Below, piece after piece: positions 12,768-25,260 of a stretch of 64,000 nucleotides of DNA. Made by a program: the position numbers and the translations under genes. This stretch comes from Paramecium tetraurelia (lineage: Eukaryota). Location of the stretch: contig CT868463.1 in NCBI GenBank assembly GCA_000165425.1, positions 372,001 through 436,000 of the forward strand, read 5' to 3'. Under the pieces are notes generated by a model. That model worked only from the letters and a program-made list of their open reading frames with translations. It was not told the DNA's origin and made no database searches. The stretch's first letter is position 1. Every line of letters begins with the position of its first letter.

Positions 12768-15302
12768 AAATTATTAAGTAGTTTTAAAAAAATAATTGAA
12801 TTGTTATTGGATATAACATTAAATATTTGGGCTTTGCCTCGTTTTTTTTACAAATTTATCTACTTAAAGCAAAAATATCAACAAGATTAATTACAGCTTC
12901 AATTTAATGAAAAACTCACATTTATATTTAGTTCCACAGGTTTTGTCTTAACAACATTTATAATATCTAATAAGAAATTGGAAGCATTTAAAGAAAAGAG
13001 ATGCTATTTTATTTATACAGTTAAGTTATTATATTTTATTCATGTTAAAATAAATCAGTTCATTAAATATAATTTAGATCTCTTTAATGATCTACATATT
13101 CAAACCTTGTGAACCAAATTAAACAAAAATAATAAATCATTGAAGTTTAGAGGATATTGTAGTCAACTTTTGGTTGTTTTGCATTTATGTAGATTAAATA
13201 TATGTTATAAATAAAAAATAAACATAAAAATTAAAATAAATTTATATATTTTTGACTTTTATCTGAATGATCAAAATTATAATAAATTGTTTTCTATAAA
13301 TTAATTTCCACTAAATCAAATAAATCTACAATCTATAGAACATGCAATAATGAAATTCAGAAATTCAAGATGTGATAGAAAATTGAGAAACTAGCGACTT
13401 TATAGTATTTGAGGGTTTCTAATTCATTTCGAGTAATTTGGTTTGAAAAATAAAACCGATGCTTATTAAAATTTTAGGTTCACATATAACTATATTAATT
13501 GTGAATATTTTTAATAATCAATTAATTATGGATTCTTAATTAAAACATAGTGTTGTTTAAAACAGATAACTAATTAATTTATGAAAGAGTATTGCATTTT
13601 CTGTATTGAGGTGTTAAAAATGGTTTCTATATTTTTAAGAATTTCTCGTTTTGAAAATGGTTTTTAATTATTACTGATTACAAATTATAGAAATTTGGAC
13701 TTTTATTTATGAATTTTAGAAATCACTTTATATATCCATACAATTTAATTATATTCAACTTTTGCAATTAAAATATTATTATCTCCAAAACAATTACCTT
13801 TAAATTGAAAAATATCAATATTTTAATCTATCAATATTTTGAAGCGTAAAAGAGGCAAGGTATGGTATTACTAAGTTGACATATGCATATCTTAATTTCG
13901 AAATTTGTTCATAGATAGGGAAAACGCAAACAATAAGAACACGATTCAATTACGTACAGAATTTCAAATTATTAGATTATGATTAAGAGAACATTTTAAT
14001 TAATTTTTAATAATCTAGTTTAAGAGTAAATCTAATCAGAACGAAAGCAATTAAACATCAATTTAAACTTTATGTATGAACCTCAAGATTATATAGCAAG
14101 AATGTAACAAATATTTGATGTAGATAGTTATAATTTTTAATGAATAAAAATTGAATTAAATACAGGAACTATTCATTTACTGTGTGTGGTGAGTCTCCTT
14201 AGCGTTTTAATACACTTTAATAAATTTTGAAATTGAAATATTATCTTCATTAATTAATATAATGAGAATTTTAGGATTGCTAGCAATAGTTTTAATTGTT
14301 GGATCATATTGTCATTAAAGAAGAGAATAGAGATTCTTAAGATGTTTTTTGATAGTACATTTGCTAATAAATAATAAATGATCAAAAATTATATAATAAT
14401 AATTAAATACTTTTTTATATTCTAAATAATCAGAAATCCTTAGAAAAACGTAAATATATTTTAATAAGTCAATATATATATTATTGTTCATGGCTATTAC
14501 TTAAAGTAGACAATTTTGATAAATAAGCCATTTTTACCTGAAGATCATTATTCATACTACTACTTTCCAGATTAGAAATAAGTTTATTATTTGCCTTCTC
14601 TATTTTGGCTTTTAATATTAGCAATGGTTATGTCCACTTGGGATATATTCTTATAAATTCTGAAGCATTTAGTAAACCTTAAATACCACCTTGGGTTAAA
14701 TATGGATATCAAGGGCCTAAAATTCCCCAACAATGAATAATAAATATGTGCATGTCTTTAAAATATAAAATAAATTGATAAATGAGAGATGGAATAAATT
14801 TATAAAACTTGAGATGTTGAAAACAATTATTTCAAGAAAGTATTATCTAATCGTTAAATTTTTAAATTGACTATTTTGAATAAAAAAGTTCAATAGATAT
14901 GCAGGTAAATGTAAGAATAGTTAATTGTTGTAAAAGTTGAAGGTGAAATTATAAAACCCTTTATTTGATTAATTACCTAATTCAGTTACAGATGTTAATA
15001 TTCCTCACAATAATGAACGATAAATTATTTACTAAGCTATCTTACTGTTGGTGGTAAATTCTAAACTAAAAATTAAAAATACCTAAATAAGTTTCTTTTT
15101 AATTAATGTCTTAGCTATAACATGAAATCCTTCAATAATGCTGTATTTATTATAATTTTTACTCTTATAGCAAAAGGGTTACTCCTTTAATTAACTTGAG
15201 TTAAGGTGGAAAAGATAAAGCAAGTGAAACCAAAAAGAATTTATAATACTATTTTTATTATACTTTTATAATGTCTATTCTAATGAATTAATTTATTTAT
15301 TT

Positions 15303-16121
15303 ATGTATTAAAAGTTTGAAACTACTCCTTTCTCATCATTTAGATAATAATACTTCAATAATTTAAGAGATTAATCCTGTTTGTTACCAGCCTTAGAAGA
15401 ACTTTGTGGAGGATGTAATTAAATTAGTCATATTATCAGGGACTTAAGAGACATTGAAATCAATTTTATAGAAATTGACAAAGAAGAACTAAGCTCCATT
15501 GCCATTATTTTTTGATTCTTCTTAAGCTATGGATTCTATCTCAAATAAAAAGTAGGCTTTGGCTACAGTTTTTTAATAATTTGATTCAAGAGGAATAGGT
15601 AGAATTGATGCTACTGAATTGTTTTCTGTTATGCTGCTTCTGTCAACGGGGGAAATTAGTTAAATTTTTTATAGTAAATATCATTTGATATCATTAGACA
15701 TCGCTGTGATTTTTGGTTCCGACAAGACTAACCATATCACTTCGGATGAATTCTTCTTTTTTATAGATTGCTTATTTAGAGGAATTTCTAAGGTGTTAAT
15801 CTGCAAAGGAGAAAATAAACCCATTGGCCTAAACAAAAGATTGAATGATTAAGACATCAATAAATTTATGTAGTAGATTTTCAAGGGACAATAGAAAGTA
15901 AACAAAGATGAATTATATGCGTATTTATAAAGTTCATCAATAATAGATCGGTTAAGCAAAGTCAATAGTTGTTTGAGTTTATAGAGTATATCTCAACTTC
16001 AATGCAAGCATCCATGGAATATACTAGACAATAGTCATTATTAATGATGAAGATAACAATGGAAGTTAAGAAATTGATGGCGTAGATGTTAGCATAAATA
16101 GATGGAACAGCCAAAAAGTGA
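15303..16121 (+). CDS. EF-hand-like protein (calcineurin B/recoverin-like fold, ~247 aa)
   Basis: VFQQFDSRGIGRIDATELFSVMLLLS and IFGSDKTNHITSDEFFFFIDCLF. Introns of 25, 24 and 26 nt. Confidence 0.7.
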
Positions 16122-16205
16122 TATATTATTTTTTTGTCTAAATATCATCAAGTTGATTATTATTTATTGAAATTTAAGCTCAAAATATAAAAGATAAACA
16201 AGCAA

Positions 16206-19200
16206 TCAAATATTTCTAGAATTGTCTGGACGATTTAAAATATCTGCTTTTGTTGCAAAATATGGTTAAACCTTCTTTTTGGCAACAGGAATGTCTACTT
16301 ATTTACTTGGAGTAAAAATATATTCACCAGGAAAATGAATATTGATTAATCTCCTTGTGTCTTCGCTTACCATAACTTTGCCTGCTTCTCCTTAAGATTC
16401 CATTTTATTAGCAATCACTGCATCAATACCAAAAATATCATATCTTACTATATCTGTTCCAATAATACCACCATAGAATTATCCCTAGAATTAATAAATT
16501 AAATTTATTACTGTATGTATTCCTATTCTCATATTCAAATCTTTGAAATTGACTTCCTTTCTAACTCTCTTTATAATTTCTACCATTTCTAATCCCATTT
16601 CTAAGACATTTTTGGCTTCTTATCCTGGATGTCTTTGTTCCATATCATTTATTCCCAATACAACATAGCAATCTCCAATAGTGTATACCTTATAAACATT
16701 CTGCTATAAGCATTCCTTATCAAAGGATGTCATCAATTCCCTTAGCATCTTTACTACCTATTCAGCTGAGACCTTTGCTGAGTATGCTGTGAATCCACTT
16801 ATATCAGCAAACAAAAGAGTTGCATCTATTAAAACATCTGATAATTCTAATTTAATTTTGCTATTCTAGTAGAATCTTGTTAAAATGTGAGATGGTAATA
16901 AATTGGTTAATAAAGAGTCTCTTTGCTCTTTTTTCAAATTTTCATTTGCAGCACTATTGAAATTTTTAATTGTCAATTCAAAATTGTTATGTGATACTAT
17001 TACCAAGATTATGGTTGATAACACTATAAATACTAATAAATTATTATGTTCATGCAGTAGTAGCTAAACAAACCATGCAGCTTATTGCAATAAAATATAG
17101 AAAAACATATATTTGAATTTTAATGATTATTGGTTTACAGCCGAAAATGCAAAGAAATAGGCTTCAGCATTATCAGATATAAGGAATCTCTGTTAATTGT
17201 TAAAAGTAACAAAGAACATTGTTAAAAATGCACTCACATAGTAGAGACCAGTTAAAGCTAAATCTAGATTATGCATATTATATTTCTTCAATCTACTAGT
17301 TATAAAGTACAAAATTATTAAGTATAAACTTAAGAACATTCTAACAATATATATAGTTAGTCCATCTTATCCTGAATCTATCAATTATATTTATGCCTTA
17401 AATAAAGTATAGACAATAGTCATGGGATAAAAGATATCCTTTAAAGCTGATCTGACTTCTTAATAATACTATTCAAACTGCATGACTATAATTGCTTCAT
17501 TACATTTTTCATATTCAAGTGTTAACTTCTTATATTTAAGAACTTCTAAATCCATGACTTTTTTTACTCTTTCACTTTTGACTTCTTATTCTGGACCATC
17601 AACATCGTTATCAGAAACTCCAATAATTCTGTTTTCAGGATCCTTTTCTACTTATTTCATTTAGATTTCATCTTCCTTTGTCTCTTCCCAGTCATTTGTG
17701 TTATAATCAGTTTTTTAAATGACTTAGGATTTAGACCTGTCTTTCCATACAGTCTCACTCATAGAAGTCACTTCTTCTTTGATGGTACCCTTTTTGATTC
17801 CCCTTGTAGGTTCAGCTCCTTTTTTCTTCCTTGGGATTTTCAAATATTGCGAGCCTTGCATCGGATGATTCATGATTTTAGATCTACGTCCATATTCCTT
17901 TGTTGTTAAATGATCATTTACCGATGATGGAGGAGAAATATCCTTATAAGTCTACTTCAACTATGTGGCTCGAGTATTATTTGTGATATGAGTTTTAAAA
18001 GTGAGTAGTCTCCCATTTTTCTAGCCTTCTTAAAACTTCACTTATGATAGATGCTTTTTAGTCTGTAATTTCCTTTGAGTGACTTAATGGACAGTCAACA
18101 TACCTTTTCCTTTGGCCTCTACTTCCCTTGTTGTGAAAAGAAACTCAGTGTCCTTGACACGTTCATAAGCCTCATTTGATATTGTTATTCTGCCTACTTA
18201 TCCAGTTGAACACATTCTTGATGCAGTGTTGACTGTATCTCCAATCAATGAAAATTAAGGCTTATGATATCCAATTACACCTGCAATCACTTATCCATAA
18301 TGGATACCAATTTTGATTTTTAATTTGAATAATTTAACAACCTCCTGATCTTTGTATTCATATCTGAATTCAGACACTGCCTTTAAGAAATCCAATGACA
18401 ATTCTAATGCAATAGCAGTTTCATTTTTCTTCTGCTGATTCAATCCATCTTTATTATTTTCAATCTCTGTTGATTTCAATCCTGAACATGCCATGTAAGT
18501 CTTACCTACAGTTTCAATCTTCTACACTCCATATTATAAACATATTTTATCCAAGACTCTAAAAATGTCATCCAAAAATGTTACAACCTACCGTTGTTTA
18601 GATTAAAGGATTTTATCGAATTCACAAATTTCTAAAAATATAATTGACACTGATCCTTAATTCTCTTCTATTTCAGTCTCCTCTGATTGCTCAATCTTTT
18701 CATAGATAAATGCAGGCAACAAAGACTTCAAGATCTAATTGGTTTATTCTTGTTATGTTTACAAGGCTTAGTCAAATAAAAACACTAATCTTTAAAATCG
18801 TTAAAACTAAAATAATATTATTTCTTACATTATAATGAGTATAATTGGATAACAAATTCAAAAAGAATAAAAGAACATATAAAGTGATAAATTCTACTCT
18901 GAATGTTGATGTCTCTGAATCTGAAATCACCTGAATATCGTAAAAGTTTGCCACTCTTATTGTGTAATTTATAAAAAATATCAATGTCAAAATTATTGGA
19001 TAATATAAAGGAGGAGGAAATATATCCCAGGCTAAAAATTATTAATATAACAACTGTCCAAAAGTGCTAAAGTAATATTAGCTTTTATCCTCGGGAAGTG
19101 TAACACTCAAAAAATGATCCAAAATCAACACTATTGGAATAAAGAAATATGCTTCAATAGTGCCCCATTTTATTTGAAATGCTGCTAAATCTGTTTATTT

Positions 19201-22200
19201 CTTTTCAACAATGTGAGTAACAATGAATATTAAAATCCAAATCACCATAAAGATTGCCCAAAGTATATTGAGTATTGTATCTTCAACTGTCAAAAATGGA
19301 GACCATGCTATTACACTACTAACTCTTAACACAATAAAAAGAACTAAAACAACTTCTCTCCTCTATTAATAATAGTATTAAACCTTGAATTGTCTAAATT
19401 ACTTCTCATAATTATGATTCTTGAATACAAGTGATAATTTAGAATATTCACCATTAAATGACTAAGTTTTCTCACTTTCAAATAAAGATCTAATGAAAGG
19501 ATCAATGGATACATTCTCAAATACTTTTTTAATTTTTCTAAAGAATTATCGATTTATTTTAATGTGATTTAACATAGAAAATTATGTGACAGACTCTTAT
19601 GCTATTTTACCTGATTAATTCTTCATAGCATTCTCCATGTATTTTACAAAGTTTATTATGATTCTTGGGGTAAAAATTGAATCCCTTGTTTATTTTATTA
19701 TTTGATCGATTGTAATGATGATTACTACTCCTGTAAGAATACCAATAATGAATTACCATTTGAATATATTCCTAATTATTTAAACACGTTGATCAGATTC
19801 GACAACTATTGCGAATGAAAGAATGAGCAAACCTAAAGTGATGATGAAATTCCAAATTATCTTTCCAAATGGAACATTTAAATGAATCATTTGAGAAGTA
19901 CCAAAAGCAAAAACACAAAACAGCTAAAATAAAAACATCAAGTGAGCAAGATTGTTAGGATCAGATGTAAAAAACATCATAAACTCAGCAAATATATAAG
20001 TGTTCATAAACCCAGTTAGGGCTGCAGATATAACCACTTCAAAAAACAATTCTTATAACCATCTAAAATTAGATTTAAAACATTTATAAGCTTAAGGTTA
20101 ATATTGGGGGAGCATCAATTCAATTTATTCATGGCTTGATCTATCTTCAAATGAAGGTAGCAAACCATTAATAATAATATGAATCTATAGTGCTAATAAA
20201 TATACAACATGTTCTTCTATATAAAGTGTTCTTCTCACACAAACAAATAAAGTAAATATAATTAATTGATATAAACTGATTTTTGTACACATTACCGTTA
20301 GTTGACTAAGATGCATAGGAAGGATCTTAGCAAAATATAATACTAATTATTTAATGTGCTGTAAATCATTTACTTATATGTTTTGATAAGCTATTTTTAA
20401 TGATCGTTTTTCTTTTGAAAATTAAATAGTAGCATTTGCATGTGAATTCATATTAAAATCATCAACTGAATCTGAAATTGTTAAAAGAGTATTGCTGGGT
20501 TCCATAATCTTAGAGACTGCTTTTGTAATCAATTCTTTGTCAGCAGGAGAGCAATCATAAGCAATTACAGTTTTAAGGATTAAAGCAATAAAAAGAAAAT
20601 GGCTTTTCGTATAATCATCACTAAAAATTGGTTTAATGGATTTTCCATTGACTAATAGAAAAACTTTTTACAAAGGTTCTTCTCCCTTCTTTGATTTCAA
20701 AATCATGTTTTCATCAAAAGTAGCCTTTTTGGAAATACCACTTCTTTTCATTTCAGAAAATGATTTTTAACTGTTAAATGATTTAGATGTAGACTCATTT
20801 TATTGACTTTCATCTTCTTTTAATAGTTGTTTTCTAATAAATAATAATTGGGACTTAATTTATAATTTTAACTTTTCTTCATCTTCTTCATCAATTCTTA
20901 ATAAAGTATTACTATTATTGACAATACCAACATGGTTAGCAGCGGAAAGTGTTTACATCTTCTTGTCCCCACTTAATATCCATTATGAGATGCCAAGATT
21001 CTTAAAAGTCTTAACTTAAGCATAAGCCCCTGGGTTTTGATCTTCTTTTAGACAAATTAATCCATAATAATCCAAATCCTTAATAAGTTCTTTATCATGA
21101 TGTGTCATTTCCATCGTATCAAAACTAACTTCTTAATATTTGTTTTTATTCTTAACAGATTCTTCAGGTACATCTTTGCCAGCATAAACTATAAATCTAT
21201 AACCAGATTGAGCTTGATGAGTGATTTATTTCTCAAGATTTACTCTTTTTTTTTATGATAATTTACACTTATCCAAAAGTCCTAGATTTTCACTTTTAAC
21301 ATACAATTTTAATGAACCTCCTTTTTGACTTCTTTCTGTTCCTTGTCTGTCATATTGACCTCCTTGATTCCTCAATCTTTGCTAAATAGGTTTCATAAAA
21401 ATTGCAAATGTATCATTATCACTGACTTTTTTATATACTAAGTATCGTTCACTTAAACCTTTAGCACTAATTTCATAACATATTCTTTTGTTAAGGAGAC
21501 CTGCACAATTAAATTCAAACTGATATTACTTGGCAAATTTAATTACAGATTCTTGATACTCCTCAGTGTTTTCATTTAAGAAGTTTTAAGGATTCATACT
21601 AGGATGTTCATTCATAATTCCAGAAATCCCCATCATTTAGCTATTTTTATCTCTGTTGGGTTTGTTTTAAGGTTTTGAATATTTGGTTTTAACATCTTAA
21701 CATAAAATCAAAGATCTCATAAAATTGTCTGCCTATTTCTCTCCTAATCTTATGATTTCTAATAAATCTTTTCTTTATTCTTGATCCTAATCTCCACTAT
21801 CACTGTCAGATTATTATTGTTGTTCATCCTCATTAATTTAAGATTCGCACAATTTCACTTCTTTTCTTATGTCATTCGAAGAAGTTAACGGTGAAGGAGA
21901 TAAAAAAGAGCCATTTGCTACTTCCTGAGCTTATTCTAAATTCCGTTACAAAATTCTGGGTTCTCTTCTATTTATTGTTATCAATCTACTATTATTATTA
22001 AATGTTCTTCGATTATTTCTATTAGTTTATATTTGCTTTTCTGGAGAGGAGAGCTCTTCATCCATACTTTACTCATTTTGTGGTCTTATTTATTCTGGTT
22101 ATCTAATGAAATGAGGATTGAAATTGAAAACCATATTTCTGGATTCTGGTTCTTCCTCATTAAAGACTGCATCATCTTAATTAAAGCTAATTGCTTCGTC

Positions 22201-23635
22201 GTGTTATGATTATAATCTGCTCTTTACTGAATGATGGCTTCCTGGATTCTAAATCATTCTCTCGCTCTTTTAAAGTGAACCAATCCCTATATTATTTTCC
22301 TCCTATTCATCCTGTTCTTCAAGTATTTCTTACATGTTATTGTGTTGAGGTTATGAGGTCTTTAATTGTCTATATCTCTTTGTAGAATTTCTTATGCCTA
22401 CTCCATTAATAAGATTGTAGAAGTAAACTCCACAAATCACTCCACAAAGCATTGTGTTCGTGTTTGTCAAAGTACCAGTTTTATCGTAAATACAATGATC
22501 TATCTTAGTCAAAGTTAGCAATTCGGACGAATGAGATATTATTATGTTTTTGTTCTTTTCAAAGATGTTATTAAAAAATTAAAATGTTAATTCACATAAT
22601 CCAGTTATTATACAGGGATGTACAAATGTTATGCTCTAAAATATTCTACATAAAGTATTATAGATTGTAAAATCCTATGGAATTTTTTGAAATCTAATTA
22701 TTATTGTAATGCAAAATGCCAATTGTATAAAGTATAAAAGGCTGAAAATTCGAGAAAATTTCATTAAGTATCTATCAAAATGAGTAGTGGACTTCTTAAA
22801 ACAATTATGCCACATTTTAATCACATCTTCATCATCATGACTGATCACTATCCCCACTACCCAATCTGTATTTATTATCATACTACTTTGATTCACTATA
22901 TTCCTATAGTCCAAATACTCACCCTTTGGATCTTTTTGTAACTTAATGAAACCTCTGAATTAATTGTCATTAGTGTCCAAATGATCAAATTCTATTTTAC
23001 CTGTCATTATTCTCTTATAATAGATTAAAGTTTGATTTTTTTATTAATCGGAAGTAGATGTTAATTTTATTGACTGCTTCTAAGTCATATGAGTCATCCC
23101 TTCTTTCTCAGATGTCTACACCATAAATTTCTCCTCTTAAGAATTTAAAATCAATATGCTCATAGGACTTGGCTGATGTCTCTTCAAGAAAATTAGATTT
23201 CCTACTGTCACATTCCTTTTAGGGCATTTGCTGATATGGCATTTGGGATCCCATCCAATCACATATACAGTTTAGTTGAAATATTCATTCACTTGTCTCA
23301 AGGCCTTACAAATTTATTGATAAAGCTTATAAGATGACATGAATAGATTTCCTGCCAATTAAATTATACAAATAAACAACTATTAATCTGCTCGAAAACT
23401 TGCTGAAAGAATTATTACAACAAACAGCCATAGATTAAACCCCTATTTCAACCAATCAATAAAGTGAAGTAAACAAGTTTTTACAATCTAATTATTTTTA
23501 ATTATTTCATACTAATCCTCTAAGCATTTAATTTGGATCTCTCTTAAACTGTTAATTTTAAGGATAACCATTTTTGAAATACAATTTATGTTAGTAATCC
23601 TTCTAATTCACCTGTTCTTAGTATGATCTCTACAT
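16206..23635 (-). CDS. Alveolate-type guanylyl cyclase fused to an N-terminal P4-type ATPase-like domain
   Basis: DHCIYDKTGTLT (22465-22485), WILSGDK and multiple TM blocks. Cyclase domain 1: SILFLEICEF..KIETVGKTYMA..IGIHYG..FSLIGDTVNTASRM. Cyclase domain 2: LLFADISGFT..KVYTIGDCY..MRIGIHTG..RYDIFGIDAVIANKMES. Confidence 0.93.
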
Positions 23636-25260
23636 TTTTAATTAATTAATTAATCATTAAATAATAATAAAATATCAATGCTAATCCATGAGCAATAACC
23701 CAAAATCTCCTTCAGAATGGTGAACATTCAAACAATTTAATCAAAAATAATACAATTTAATTAATTTTTATTTAGCTCTTATTTCCTAATAGCAAATTAG
23801 ATCATAGAACTTCAAGTGATCTTATCTTCTTTCTTAATCATGTTAAAAACATTTATTTAAATTTCAAATAATTAAAATATATATACTGATTTTTTAAATA
23901 GAAGTAATAACGCAATTCTAATTAAATATTCTAAATTAACCTTAATATAATGGAATTATTGTTCAAAATGATCTATAAATTCTGCACTTTATACAATTTT
24001 TTTAAGATTTTTTAGAAAAATTAGATTGTTCTAGATAGTTGAAAGCTAACTTATAACCTTTTGAATATTTTACTTTAAATATATAAAGGCATATCTAAAA
24101 TATAGATTAGATTTAATTAATATTGTTTATGATGAAATATTTTATTTGTACATCTAGCAACATGCCTCAATGACAAAACTTTGGTTCAAAACTGGATAAC
24201 AAGCTTGATTAGCAGTACAAATTATTTCATTAGCATGGTTTAATTAGCTAAGGGGAAGTTTAGCATAAGTAAATTTTTTTGAATTGTTAGTTCATCATCA
24301 AAGGTTATATTCTTTGAAATGTCTTAGTATTGAGTACTGATTATTCTCCTTTTACCTAATAGAAATGTACCCATTTTTATTAGTTCCAGTTTTTTAAATT
24401 CTTCAATAAATTCTGCTAATTATTAGAAATTAACTAATTTAAAATACTCCAAATCTATTTAAAAATATTAAAATTTTTTTTCATTCTTATGAAATTTATA
24501 TATTTCTAAAATATGAAATCATTTAGATTATTATTTATTAATTTAATCCTAAAAGTAGAATCATAATAATTATTTAAGATGTTTGTTTCTATAATGCGAG
24601 ATCATATTTAAAATTTATATTTTGAGTGATAATTATCTTTATTTTCATGATTTAATTTCTTTTCTAACTTAATTTAGATAATTCTAAGATATTATTTCCG
24701 TGAATTGGTCCAGAATATAATCCCTTCCTCATCTCTTATCAATTGATTAAAAGTTAGTAAAGTACAGATATCTCTCTTAATTCAGATAAGCATATATAAC
24801 TTATATTTGAAAATTTGAAGAATTTATCGATTAAAATTTATTTTTGAGATTACAAAAAATTTCAAATTTTTTACAATTGATTCGCAATTATCGAAGGAGT
24901 TTTTAAATATTAGGTTCAGAAAATGAACTAAAATTCCCTTTTATAGTAGGCTCATTCCTTTATTCAATATAGAGTAAAGAAGTAAATGTTTATATATTTT
25001 GATATAATTCAAAATTATTAAATGAAGTTAAGCCTGCAAAGTTTTTCATGTAAAATAAAAGCTGGAAATTTAAAAAAGATTTCATAAATTTTTTCTTCTC
25101 TTCCAATAATTTAATAACAAATTTCTTTAAATAATCCTTATTTTTATATATTCTTCATTCATTCAACGACCAATAGACTGATCATCAAGATGAATGCTTT
25201 TTTGGTAGTATATAGGCTCAATAATAATATTAAGTGATTCCTTTGCTTATTTTTATTAAT

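Noticed and set aside
23640..25260. Possible gene or ncRNA upstream of the guanylyl cyclase
   Set aside because: The frames I read are interrupted by TGA with no recognisable domain, and no convincing tRNA or snoRNA structure was seen.
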